Of a stretch of DNA of 64,000 nt, positions 1 to 11,500 are shown piece by piece (the first letter of the stretch is position 1; the number at the start of each line of letters is the position of its first letter). The notes under the pieces are model-generated. The model searched no databases, had not been told where the DNA came from, and worked only from the letters and a program-made list of their open reading frames with translations. Origin of the DNA: Paraspadella gotoi (lineage: Eukaryota; Animalia; Chaetognatha); assembly GCA_051294375.1 (NCBI GenBank), contig CM119271.1, forward strand, positions 10,068,291 to 10,132,290, read 5' to 3'. The position numbers were made by a program, and so were the translations under genes.

Positions 1-3000
1 GCTGGAAGACAACAGAGTCGTCCTCGTCGTAAGCCTCGAAGTCGTAATCTTCTGACATCGAAAAAATGTGATAGATGAAGTGATTCTGAATGAAACGGTT
101 TTCGCTTCCCGGGCAGCCGTATCCTCGACGGTAGCCGTAAGAGAGGACGCAGAGTTGTGTGCAAGGGTTGTCCTCGCAGGGATTGTGATTCGCGGGTTGC
201 TTGAAGGGGTGGTCTACCTTAACGGCTGTGGGTTCGTGATCCAGCCATGGAAATTGATGAAGCTTCACGCGGTCGCGCGGGTGAAAAAGGTTAAATTGGA
301 AAACGTAGTAGTAAAAGTCGCTAAGGATGTAAGCGTAATCTTCAAAGATGTCGAGCTGCGATGGCATTTCCACAGGCGCCGTCGTTAACAACTGAGGTTT
401 CAAATTCTTCGCTTCGGAGAAGATCTTGACGTAGTAAATGCCACCTCGCCAATTGTCGATCCAATAAAGTATCTCCCTCGCGAAATCTAGCGTCACCGAC
501 GAAGGCCGCGTCACGTCGGAGACGACGAGCCGCCGATCGTAGCCGTCCATGGACGAGGCCTCGATGGCGGCCTTGCCTAGATGATTTTCGCTGTAACGGC
601 TCCAGAACATGGTGCGATTGGCCGGATGCAGCGCGATCGAAGTAGGTTTGTCCACAAGAGGAACGAGATTGTCGATGCAGGAAAATGTTGTCGATGAGCA
701 GACCGCGATGCCGCGGTTCTTTGCGTCACCAATGTACAAGTTTTTAGTGACCCAATCCAAGGCGATTGCCGACGGAGAGTAGGAAGTGTTGACTTCCTAA
801 AAAATAATAAATAAAAAAAAGAAAATGCGATAATTGTTTTCAAAGGGTTCACAAAAAAATTCTAACCCAGTTTTAACTTACCCTTAATTCGTGCATTGAA
901 GCTTGCGAAAAATTTGAGATAAGAATTCGGCCGTCGGGAAAAGCCCAAAATGTTTCCCGTGAATGTATATCGAAATCAAAAACGTATTCTTTCGTTTGGT
1001 TGAATCTGTAACTCTTAAAAGAATTCTGAAAGTAGCTCTCATGATGCGAGAGAAGCAGCTTTGGTCCTACAGAATTCATTTCATAAATTCGATTCGATTG
1101 GGCGACTAAAAGTTTGCACGCCTTGGTACTATCTGGCTTACACCAAAGCTCATGGTGTGGACTTTTTTCACGATTTTGACCCAAGAATCCGTCAACACCG
1201 CCATGAATAAATGTTGTAGTTTCAAAATATCCTTCAGCACAGCGGCAACTAAAGCTCCCTCTCAAGTTTATGCAAACTTGCAAATGTCGACAAATAAAAG
1301 GTGACGCATGGCATTCATTAATGTCGATGCATTGCCCATCAATTATTTCGAATCCTGGTTTGCAAAAACATCGAGAGCCTCGAGGCGTTGGATGACAAGA
1401 CTGTTGACATCCCCCATATTGTTGCTTACAAGCCACTTCACATAATCCGCCTTCGTCCGAATCATCGAAGCAATCTGGAACAAGGTCACAAACTTTTTTC
1501 ATGTCAATGCATTTACGTCGGTCATCGCAGAGAAATCTCGAGTTGTTGCAGGCCTTGGGGTCAAAACCTGCACAATGTTGTTCATCTTCACCACCAGGAC
1601 AGTTAACCACAGTGTCACAACGTTGCTTTTCACTAAAGCAAGTTTTACCATCGGAGCAAAGCATTTGATCTTTAGGACAACTAAAGCAACTCTTTTCATC
1701 CAAGCCATCTGGGCAATCAACTTGACGATTGCATTGAAATTTTTCAGGGATGCAGTGGTTGGGCCCACATGCAAATTCATTTAAGGCACAACCGGTATGA
1801 TTAAACACTTCAAAATGTGCACAAACGTGTGCTCTTTCATCCTCTCCTTGAGAACAATCGGAATGGCCATCACAGAATTTTATCGATGGTATACAAGAGC
1901 CGTCCTCACATGTCCACTCATGTACATTGCAAAAATCCTTTTTAAAAGATTCGCAATGGCTTTCATCAATTCCAATTGCTGAAGAAGTATGATTAATACA
2001 ATCGTTTTCTCCATCACATATCCAAGACCTGGGTTGACAAACACCACGTGGGGAACAAAAAAAATGATTTTTAGGGCACTTAGCCATGCAATTCAGTTCA
2101 TCTGTTCCATCATCGCAATCATAGATACCATCGCACCATGAAGAGATGTTAAAGCACTTCTGGTCTTCACAAAGCATTTGATCTGGCAAGCACAAACTTG
2201 GACAACCTTTTTCATCAGATCCATCATCACAATCAGCATATCCATCACATCGCCAATCATTACGTAAACAAGCACCATTCTCACAGGTGAAGTCATTTAA
2301 TCCACACGAATTCTGACAATTTATCTCATCACTGTTATCAATGCAGTCACTCATGCCATCGCAAACATGATGCGATAAAAGACAAATGCCGTTGCTAATA
2401 CATGTGAAGTAGCCGATACCACATTTTCCTTTTTGACAATGGGTTCCTGACAAATCAAATCCAGGGGGACAAAGGCACTTACGACTTTTATCTGGAAGAG
2501 GAATGCAAATATGGGAGCATCCACCATTTTCCATAAAACATGCGTTTATTTCTTTGGGAATAAACGGACGTAAAGCTAAAATGAAATGAAACGTATCAGA
2601 AATTTCGAGACCAAGTCTATTGGTTGTTTTTTCAGATCCATCAATCAGCATTGAGAAAATATTAACGCGAGAAATATCAGTCCAATAAATTCTCTCGTCT
2701 TGTATGGTAAGACTAGTAGGCAAACCGTTATCAATTGAAAGTCGCTGGACAAGATTTCTACGATCCATTCCATTTAAATTTGAAGAATTAATATTGCCTT
2801 CAAAATCACTCCAGTATAGTCGATCAGATGAGTAATCAATTAACAAATTATCAGCTCGTTTGGTATGGCTTACTATACTCTGACAATTAGTTCCATCCAT
2901 GTTGCACTTAAATATATACCCATAACCTTCAGAATCAGCATAAAGGAACACTCCCTTTACGGGATGAAGACATAAACTGTCTGGCCGATGAAGATGCAGT

Positions 3001-4640
3001 CTGTCTCGTATGATAATTCTGTCAGAACCATTCAAGCGACTCACCGAGATTGACGGCATCCATGAATCTGCTTCTAACCACCACAAATTGTTTGATAACC
3101 AATCAACCTGAACAGATCTCACAGTTAACTGAAAGTTAGAGACAAGAGGGCTTCCCTCCACTCCATATTCTGGCAGAGGCTCAAGCGTTGTAGAATTGAG
3201 TTGAATGACATCAATGAAATCCTTGAAATTGTCAGCATAAAACAGAAGCCCTTTAGGTGCATGATAAGCCATGGCACTGACAAAGTCAAGACCTTGTTTT
3301 AAATAGCTATCAGGCAACATATTTCGTTTGGTATCCAATGTTACTGGATGACTATTGTTTAATGAGTATTTTGATGCCTTTACAACTTTATCGCCCAGTG
3401 AAACTGCTAATGGTCTTAAATTTTTACAATTTTTTTCATCTTGTGCTAATGCCATTCCTTTGGGGCAAATACATTTACTTAAATGCGAAGCTGTCCCTTG
3501 AACGCAGAAATGACTACAAGATGCTGAGGCGCAGGGCAGGGATCCAACGTATGGTTGAAATGAATCATGAAAGTAAGACATTAACTGTAGGTTCTGAATG
3601 ATTGCCTCAGATGCTTCAATGCGAGATGCAAAACGATTTAGCCTAAGCATATGCATCTTACTGTCACGTTCCTCAATCACTCCGTACAATAGGGAGCCTG
3701 ATATAGATAAAGAGTTAAGTTTCTTAAAGGTCCGCGATTGTCCATTTTCAGACTGGAAAAGAAATTTTATATTCTTCCCTTGATAATCTGATGTAATAAT
3801 AAATCGATGGTCGCTATTAGTACTTTTGTTTTCTTGATTTTTGCTGGCGGAATAATATAGGCGACCTTCACTTCCGTAAAATGGGTCAAGAACCAAACTG
3901 TGAATCTTATAAACATTTTTTGTCATGATCACATAATGATTTGCACCATCCAAGTCTGAGGATTCTACCATAGTCTCACCATTGGACCATACTCCAATCC
4001 AATACATTTTAGAATGATGAACATCCACAATTACATTATAGGGAGTGCGATTAAAAAAACGCAGGACATCGAGGCATACACGGGTTACTTTGCAAACAGT
4101 AATAACATTTCTTGTACCTTCGCTTATCCAGATATTATTTGTATGCCAATTAAGTGAGATTCCGGTAACTTCTTCTATGCCAGGAAGCTCAAAACTTCCT
4201 TCTACTTTGCCCAGCTCACTTCCTAAGTTGATCACTACAATACGGCCATTTTCCTTTCCTTTTTTAGGGACCCAAACGTACAGAAGGCCTACGGCGGCTT
4301 GAAAAGCCAGTTGTTGACGAAGGCAGGTTTTAGAATCGTAATGGGTATCAACTTCAATGGAGGTATTACTCATCGCTGAGTGGGCAAGCGTGCTGTCGGA
4401 CTCTTGAAAATATAAATGGTTCTGAGAAATAAAGACAAAAACACCTTTTCCGGACGTTGGATCGCACGTTGATCCATCATTTCTATTTAGTCGAAAACCA
4501 CTATGACAACTGCAAACTCCAGTCACAGGTTCACACAGCTGACTGCATTTACCATAGTAGCAGAGAGACTTTCGATCGGGTGGCGAAGCCCAACCAGAGT
4601 TGGCGATAAAGATTATAAATATTACAGTATATTGCAGCAT
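1..4640 (-). CDS. LDL-receptor-family protein, vitellogenin receptor (yolkless)/LRP-like; 3' part runs off the window. Exons 4640-882 and 796-<1
   Basis: Signal peptide MLQYTVIFIIFIANSGWA, then EGF, YWTD-like propeller, EGF, propeller (LYWSD, IYWTD), EGF, 8 LDLa repeats (CDGxxDCxDxSDE) and 2 EGF. Phase-0 intron 881-797 (AGG|GTAAGT...TTTTAG|GAA). Exon 2 reads EVNTSYSPSAIALDWVTKNLYIGD...LYWID...CEDNPCTQLC, i.e. a third propeller plus EGF, open to position 1. Confidence 0.88.
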
Positions 4641-5152
4641 GTTTTAAAAGGAAAAGTAACAAACCCACCACTACTTTTCTGAAAAAAAAAAATCGTTGAT
4701 GAAAACCAATGACATGGATGGAAACATCAAAATAATCTTATTTTTTTTGGAAAATCGAAGTAGATACTTGAAATTTACTAATTGGCAAAGTTTTATGGAT
4801 CTGCAGGTCTGGGCAAATTATAGACCTGCGATCACTTAGTTTATAATCATTGAAAAACCAGTCAGTTATTTATCCCATCTTTTTTCGTCTGTAATCTGTA
4901 ATTCTCCCACCAATTTTTTCATCGGCGCCGTGTAAAATCGAGACGAGGAGTTCTTTCAGCCGCAACTTGAAAACATTTCGATCTTTCCTCTTTTGATTTC
5001 CTTCCCAACTTTTCACCTTTTGTTTCTTTACTTAAACTTGAAGGGCGAAATCATTCTGATGCTGATCTCTCTCCCCTTTCTCGTATTTTCACACTCACCT
5101 TTTGTTATAAACAAAAGGTGAAACTAATTTTGCAGTTTTTCACAACTGTCTA

Positions 5153-5197
5153 AAAGCGCTGATGAAGGCTTAATTAAAACCGAAACATGTCCGATAT
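5153..5197 (+). ncRNA. Minimal type I hammerhead ribozyme motif (Penelope-like-element type), partly decayed
   Basis: CTGATGA(5159-5165), extra A, stem II GGCTT..AAACC, GAAA, palindromic ACATGT, GUC cleavage triplet. Stem I AAAGCG/CGATAT is imperfect. Followed by AATAAAAATCGTTGT, as in the copy at 53214. Confidence 0.65.
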
Positions 5198-5544
5198 GTA
5201 AATAAAAATCGTTGTTGAAACTGAAATATATTTCGCATTAATTGTTATAAACAAAAAATCAAGGCGTTTTATTTGGTTCGGGAAAATTACATGCTACATC
5301 AGTTAATATTAATTTAACTATTGTAATTTTCTTAGTTTTGTAATATTCTGTTGGTTTCGCCTTTTTTCAAAAATATAAAAAAATCATTTTTAAATATTTG
5401 AGCTTATCGCTTATCGCTTATATATATTGTTATTTACGAGCGTGGTTGTTTTTTTTTCCTTTAACATACAGTGAAAAATATTTAAAGGATTAAATCCAGC
5501 TATCGAATCAATTATTATTATAGCTCTACTGATCCGGTCGACCG

Positions 5545-8500
5545 ATGGATTTGGAGTTCGACGCGACTTACGGCGACTTGGAGGAAATTTCCTTCGACGA
5601 GGCCGACGACGCCGTCGAAGTCTTGGACGATGATATGGAATGGCGCCAATTCGAAAGACGTCATTTACCGCCGAGACGAGACAAAAAACGAGACGAACGC
5701 CGTCGATCTCAGCGGAAAGAAACGCCGGAATCTCGGCGCCGGTCTTGCACTGTGACGGAGAAAGACCTCCGGCGTCGGCGCGAGAAAGATAACTCAAATC
5801 GAAGTCTGGAATCGAGTCGAACTGTTGATCAGCACGGCCGACGAATCGTTCGTAAGGACGGCTCAGCCAATGGACTAAATGACTTTTACCGTACCTTTTC
5901 CCGACAAAAGGGAGTTTGGGCCGACGACGAGGCTGACTCCAAAGATACTTCTCGTACCTTTCACCAACAAAAAGGAGTTTGGGCCGACGACAAAAACAAA
6001 GACTCAACTCGTCGTTTTCATCTTCAAAAACGAATTTTGCCTGACGAGGATGAACACAGAGCAACTTCTCGAACTTTTCACCGACATAAAGGAGTTTGGG
6101 CCGACGACGATGACGACATCGCTTACGTCAACACGTCCGACGAAGACGGCGACGTCCCCGACGCCGCCAATCGTCGAGTCGTCGCCTCAGACGATTCCGA
6201 CTTTAAAGAGAGCAGACTTCAAAGCTCCGATCACTCGCGCTTGAAAGAAACTGATAGAAACTCGGGTCGCAAACGGAAAATGAACGAGCCGCCTCGTAAA
6301 GAGAAGCGACGGAAAACAGAGGAAAGAGATGAGTGTCAGAGAGACTCGTTGAAATCGGCGAATCCCTTCGCGGACGATCTTTCTTTGTCTTTGAGAGTGA
6401 TGAGACGTTTAGAGGATAGAACCGACGACGATGAGTCATCTCCCTCTGCTTCTCCCACTCTCCGCACCGATCCTTTAACGGAATCCCTCTCTTTGCCTGT
6501 CCACAGTTTCGACGTCGACATTTACGAGTCGGTGGCGCCCCCGCTTCTCTCGTTGGACGCTTTCTGCGATCCCGCCGTCAAAAACTTGCTTCCTTCGACG
6601 GAGCCTCCCGCGCTGCTCCGGTTATTTTCCGAACTTATGCTCGAAGTCAAAATCTCACCACTTCCCCTCGAATGGCACGCGGAGATTTTGAAGGCGGCGT
6701 GGAGCGCCGTTGATGTGACGCCGCACAAGGAATTGGAGTTTAGGCGCGACAAGGACGATTACGTCTTCGATTGTTTTATCGAAAACGTCCATTGCGTGTC
6801 TGGGATCGGAGACGACGTCAAATACGCCGAGTCGACGGGTTTCAAACTTTTCGTGGAAAAACTCCGATGTTCGGATTACGTGAAGATCGAAACGATTTTC
6901 AAAGGGTCCAAGAAAGTAGAAAGGTTGGGGCTCTACGCTACTTTCGCCGAAGCTGCCGAGGGCAGTTTTCGTTACGACTTGTTGTGTCAAGATAAAACGG
7001 TTTTGAAAGAAAATCTTCCGAATTGCACTTACTGCAACGGGAAAGGTCACATAATTTATTTCTGTATGAAATGGCAGATGGAAAATTCCTTATATGTGAC
7101 CGCACCCCTTTTTCCGGATGATGGAACTTTGCCCGATAATTTTGTGGCGAGGGAGAGAGGTACAAATCAAGTTTCAACTTCAGATCACGTGACGGCAAAT
7201 CATTTATCAAGGTCGGATCAGATAGGTGAGACTGTTAATTCGCAAACTACGACGGATCTACCTGTTCAACATATACCGATTATTAGTACTGGCTTAAGCG
7301 GCGAAATGAAAGCCAAAGAAAATAAAGAAATCCAACCTTTTCCTACCAATGTTGAAACTGTTCAGAAAAATGAAAATACTTTCAGTAATGTCACCGTAAA
7401 AACTCATCCATCCGCTGAAGAAAAATTGATTGCAGACTTAATGGTCACTATAAAGTTGAATTTTTCTTGTTTTTCTAAAAATCAGCATAGTAATTATGGA
7501 AATTATAGAACTGCTGAACATCTCTTTTATGATTCTGTTATGAAACACAAGGGAAATATAGAGTTAAGAACGAACGACAACAATTTCGAAATGTTGATCA
7601 ATAACGTATTTGTATTACAAAGAAACTTTAAAGAAGGCTACGAGGAAAACAACAGGAAAATATTTTTGGAAGACTTGACAAAAATGTTTAATGACTGTAA
7701 TTTTTTGAAGATTTTCAAAGGCGAGCGCGATGTATTGATGATGTCCGAAACCAAAGTTACGGAGCCAGTCGAATTTTACCGATATGGTGATATTAGCAAT
7801 TTCTCGTCTCTCGTTCAAGTGATTCCCGAACAAAATTTAACGGTTTCAAGACCAATTCCTACTTTATTTTCTGGCAAAATTAACGACAACGAATCGATTA
7901 ACAAATTGCATTCGCCAGTTTCTTTTTATGGCGGGAGTACCTCTCCAGTCTCAACATTGGGGACGGATACTTTTTCACAATCTGATTCCGGTGCGACAAA
8001 AGTTAATAATCCAATTAGAAAAAAAATGTTTCTACTATCTTCTCATAACACCGCGAAAAAAAATGTGTCAAGTTTTAAGTTAAAGAATTCTAAGCAAACC
8101 ACTAGTCATGACTCCGGAGAAATTGAAACAGCAACTACTAAGAATCTCCCTAATTCTGGAAACGGTAAGGCTTTTGAAAATATTACGAAAGATTCTAAAA
8201 AAAACTCTTCTGCCCATGTAATGGAAGTAACTAATTCACCGAAGAAAAAATTGGCGCCAAAAGTTGATAATCCACCAAGTAAGAAAGTTTTGGTTCAACT
8301 ATCGTCTAAAAAGACCACAAATGAATATTTATTTAGTTGTAAGTCAAACAATTCTCAATTCAATAGTCATGGCTCCGAGGGTAGTAAAAAATCACCAGAT
8401 TTAATCATAATTCCTGATCCATTAATTTCGCCTTCAAAAAAAAAGAAAATGCTAGATGAGTGTAATCCGAAAAGTGTCAAGGAAGCTAATAAATCTCTAA

Positions 8501-11500
8501 AAACGAATATGATGACAATTCAACAAACAAATGTAAAGGACAGTTGTAAAGATACTGAGCATAATATTGACCTCAACTCTTCCAACAATAAAAAATGTCA
8601 AGATCTTCACCTGGAATTACGTGGAAACAAAGAGGGGAAACAATTACAAGCTGTCGATAATCGGAATAAAGTCAAGGAAAATAAAGACATAAATATGAAG
8701 GATAGTCAAGTGAGAATTCTTGAAAAAAGTTGCGATGATTCTGGTAGCTTTTGCAACGATATTGAGGTCAGTTCTTCTAAATCAGTTGGTGACCCTAACT
8801 CATCAATTAAATTGCCTCTTTCATTAGAAAAAGACAAGGTAAACAGGCTCATGACTGCTGCAACTCCGATTGAAAAAAGCTTTGCTAAATTTATGCATGA
8901 AATAAAACTCGTTTACACAGATCAAATAAAAAAATTTGCTAATTATGAAGAATATCTTAAATTGATTGATAGTAAAAAGCTAGCTAATGAAATTCAAGAT
9001 ATAATGAAAAAAAATAATATGGTGTTAAGTAAGAGACTTGAAAATCATAAGTGGAATTTTTATTTAAATAATATTCTCATTTTTATCTCTAAATATAACG
9101 ACCATAAAGATGCTATTCTTGAATTTTATCAACGTATTGTATCTGTCATGGTAAGATGTGATCATTTAAAACTTATTCCGGTCAATGGAAAACCAAGAAT
9201 GTATTTTTATGAGTCAGGGAAAGACTTGATAAAAGGTGCGTATAAGTATGATTTTATTTGCGAACTTTTTAATGATTTTAATACTCCCCTTACTGCTGAT
9301 CCAAAAAATAATATTAATGATTCACAAGACCTGAAGTGTACACTGGAACCCAAGCATTTAAAAGAGAAAAATCAACAAGATGGGCCCAATCTGAAAAAAG
9401 TTGAAGAATCTAATGATGCGAATGTAAATTTTCAACAGGAAAACATTTGTTTATCAGACAAAGCAAAATTGTCTGAAAAATGTTCTAAATTATTGCATTT
9501 AGGAATGCAATATTCACACTATTTTCCATTACATCCTGAAAACATTAAAGGAAAATTAATTATAGGAGAAAGCACTGCAGTAACTGCTCTTGAAAGAAAC
9601 TTTTCCAAATTAATGCAATGTATAAAAAATACTTTTAAATTTTTGTATAGGCTTTCTAAGTTGTCCAATCGCTATGAGAGTAAACTTGGAGGGGAGTGTA
9701 ATAAAAAAGAGCTTGCCAGTTTATTTGAAGAAATATTAAAAAGAAATGAAATGCTTCTAAACAAAATTAGAGACCAAAAGTTTTGGAAATTTAAAATTAA
9801 CGATGTTGTAGTTTTCTGGTCAAAGAAATCGTCAGTTTCTGAAGCTTTAAATCAGTTTTACCAACAGACTGTGTGTCAGATTGTGCGTCACGATTATTTC
9901 AAACTTGATTTAGTAAACAATGAGCTGACTTTAAAGTTATTTGAAACTGAGAAAGAGGCAGTAAACGGGTCTTACAGATATGACTATTTCTGTAACAGCA
10001 ACATTCAAGAACTGCCATGTGATAAAGCTGAAATTAAGTTTCCGGAAGCTGATGTCATTGGTGAATCACTGAGCTCAAAAGCAGATAGTTTAAGTAAGGA
10101 ATCAAAGCTTTCTAACGCTATTGACAAGTCTTTAAATTTCCATGAAAAACTAAAGTCCAGTAATTCTGGAGAGGCCAAATCTAATCAAGTTCAGGATATT
10201 ACAATCACGCCGGTTGAAAAACTTAACGTTCAAATTAAGTTGACTACTGAATGTCAAAATTTTTTAGATTATGGTTTGAAATCATTTCATCTTTTTCCTT
10301 TACATCCCGAAAATATTGAAGGGGTTCTTATTGTAGGACATGATAATGGTATGGCTGCAAGCTTGGCAACTGACACTGAAAAAGGAATGGCAAAGCTCAT
10401 GCAAACTATAAAAAATACTTTTAGTTTTTTGTATAATATTCCAAAATTTTCAGATCGTTATGAGACTGTCATTGGTCAAAAATGTACTAAGCAAGAGCTT
10501 TCCTTTATCTTTGAAGAAGTATTGAAATTTAATGGAATGGTTTTATCCTCAAGTCATGATAACAACTTATGGCAGTTCAAAGTGAACGATATTTTTATTT
10601 TAAGTTCAAAAAAAAACTGTTTTCAAGACGCTCAAAATCAGTTTTATCGTCGAGCAGCGAGCCTAATTGTTCGATCAGATTATTTGAAACTTGAAACAAA
10701 AGAAGAAAATTTAAAACTGTTGTTGTATGACACAGAAAAAGAGGCTGTACAGGGATCATATCGGTATGATTCGCTATGTAATAATACCGAAAATACTTCT
10801 TTACTTGCTGAACCTCTACTGAATATTCAAGAAAAAGATTTTATTGACAAAGCTAAAAAAACAGTTGATATAAAAGATTCATCCAAAATCGTTGATAACG
10901 AACAGACAGTAAATTATAAATCTATTAATGGAAGGCCGATTCTACTTAAAAATATCGATAAACCTTTAAGAATTGGTGAAACTAGCAACTCTTTTGAACC
11001 GTCTGCTATTGAAAAATCCATGGGAAAGTTACTTTTAAAAATTAAAAAACGTTTTACATTTCTCTATTCAGCCATAGAAGATAATTTGATGGAGGAATGT
11101 TTGTCCAAAAAATATAAATCTAACAGGATATCAGCTATTTTAACTGAGATTATTTCTAGTTTAGACATGGATTCTGTGACAGAACAAACTAAGAAAAAAA
11201 AAACATGGAATTTTAAAATTTCCGAGGTTCTTGTTTCTGAGGCACAATTAACGGCTCCCATGTCTTCAGTTTTGTCCCATTTTTATACAAAATTTGTATG
11301 TATGGCTGTAAAATCTGATTATTTAAAAATTTTGAACAAGGAAGGAGTTCAAAGGTTAGTATTATTTTCTACAAGCACTGAGGCAAGTTCAGGTGCAATA
11401 CGTTATGATATATTATGTGACAATCGAGTGCAAGAGAGTTTGGTGTCCAAACAAATTGAAAAGGAGTCTGAATCAAAACCAAAATCAAAATCTTCTGCAG

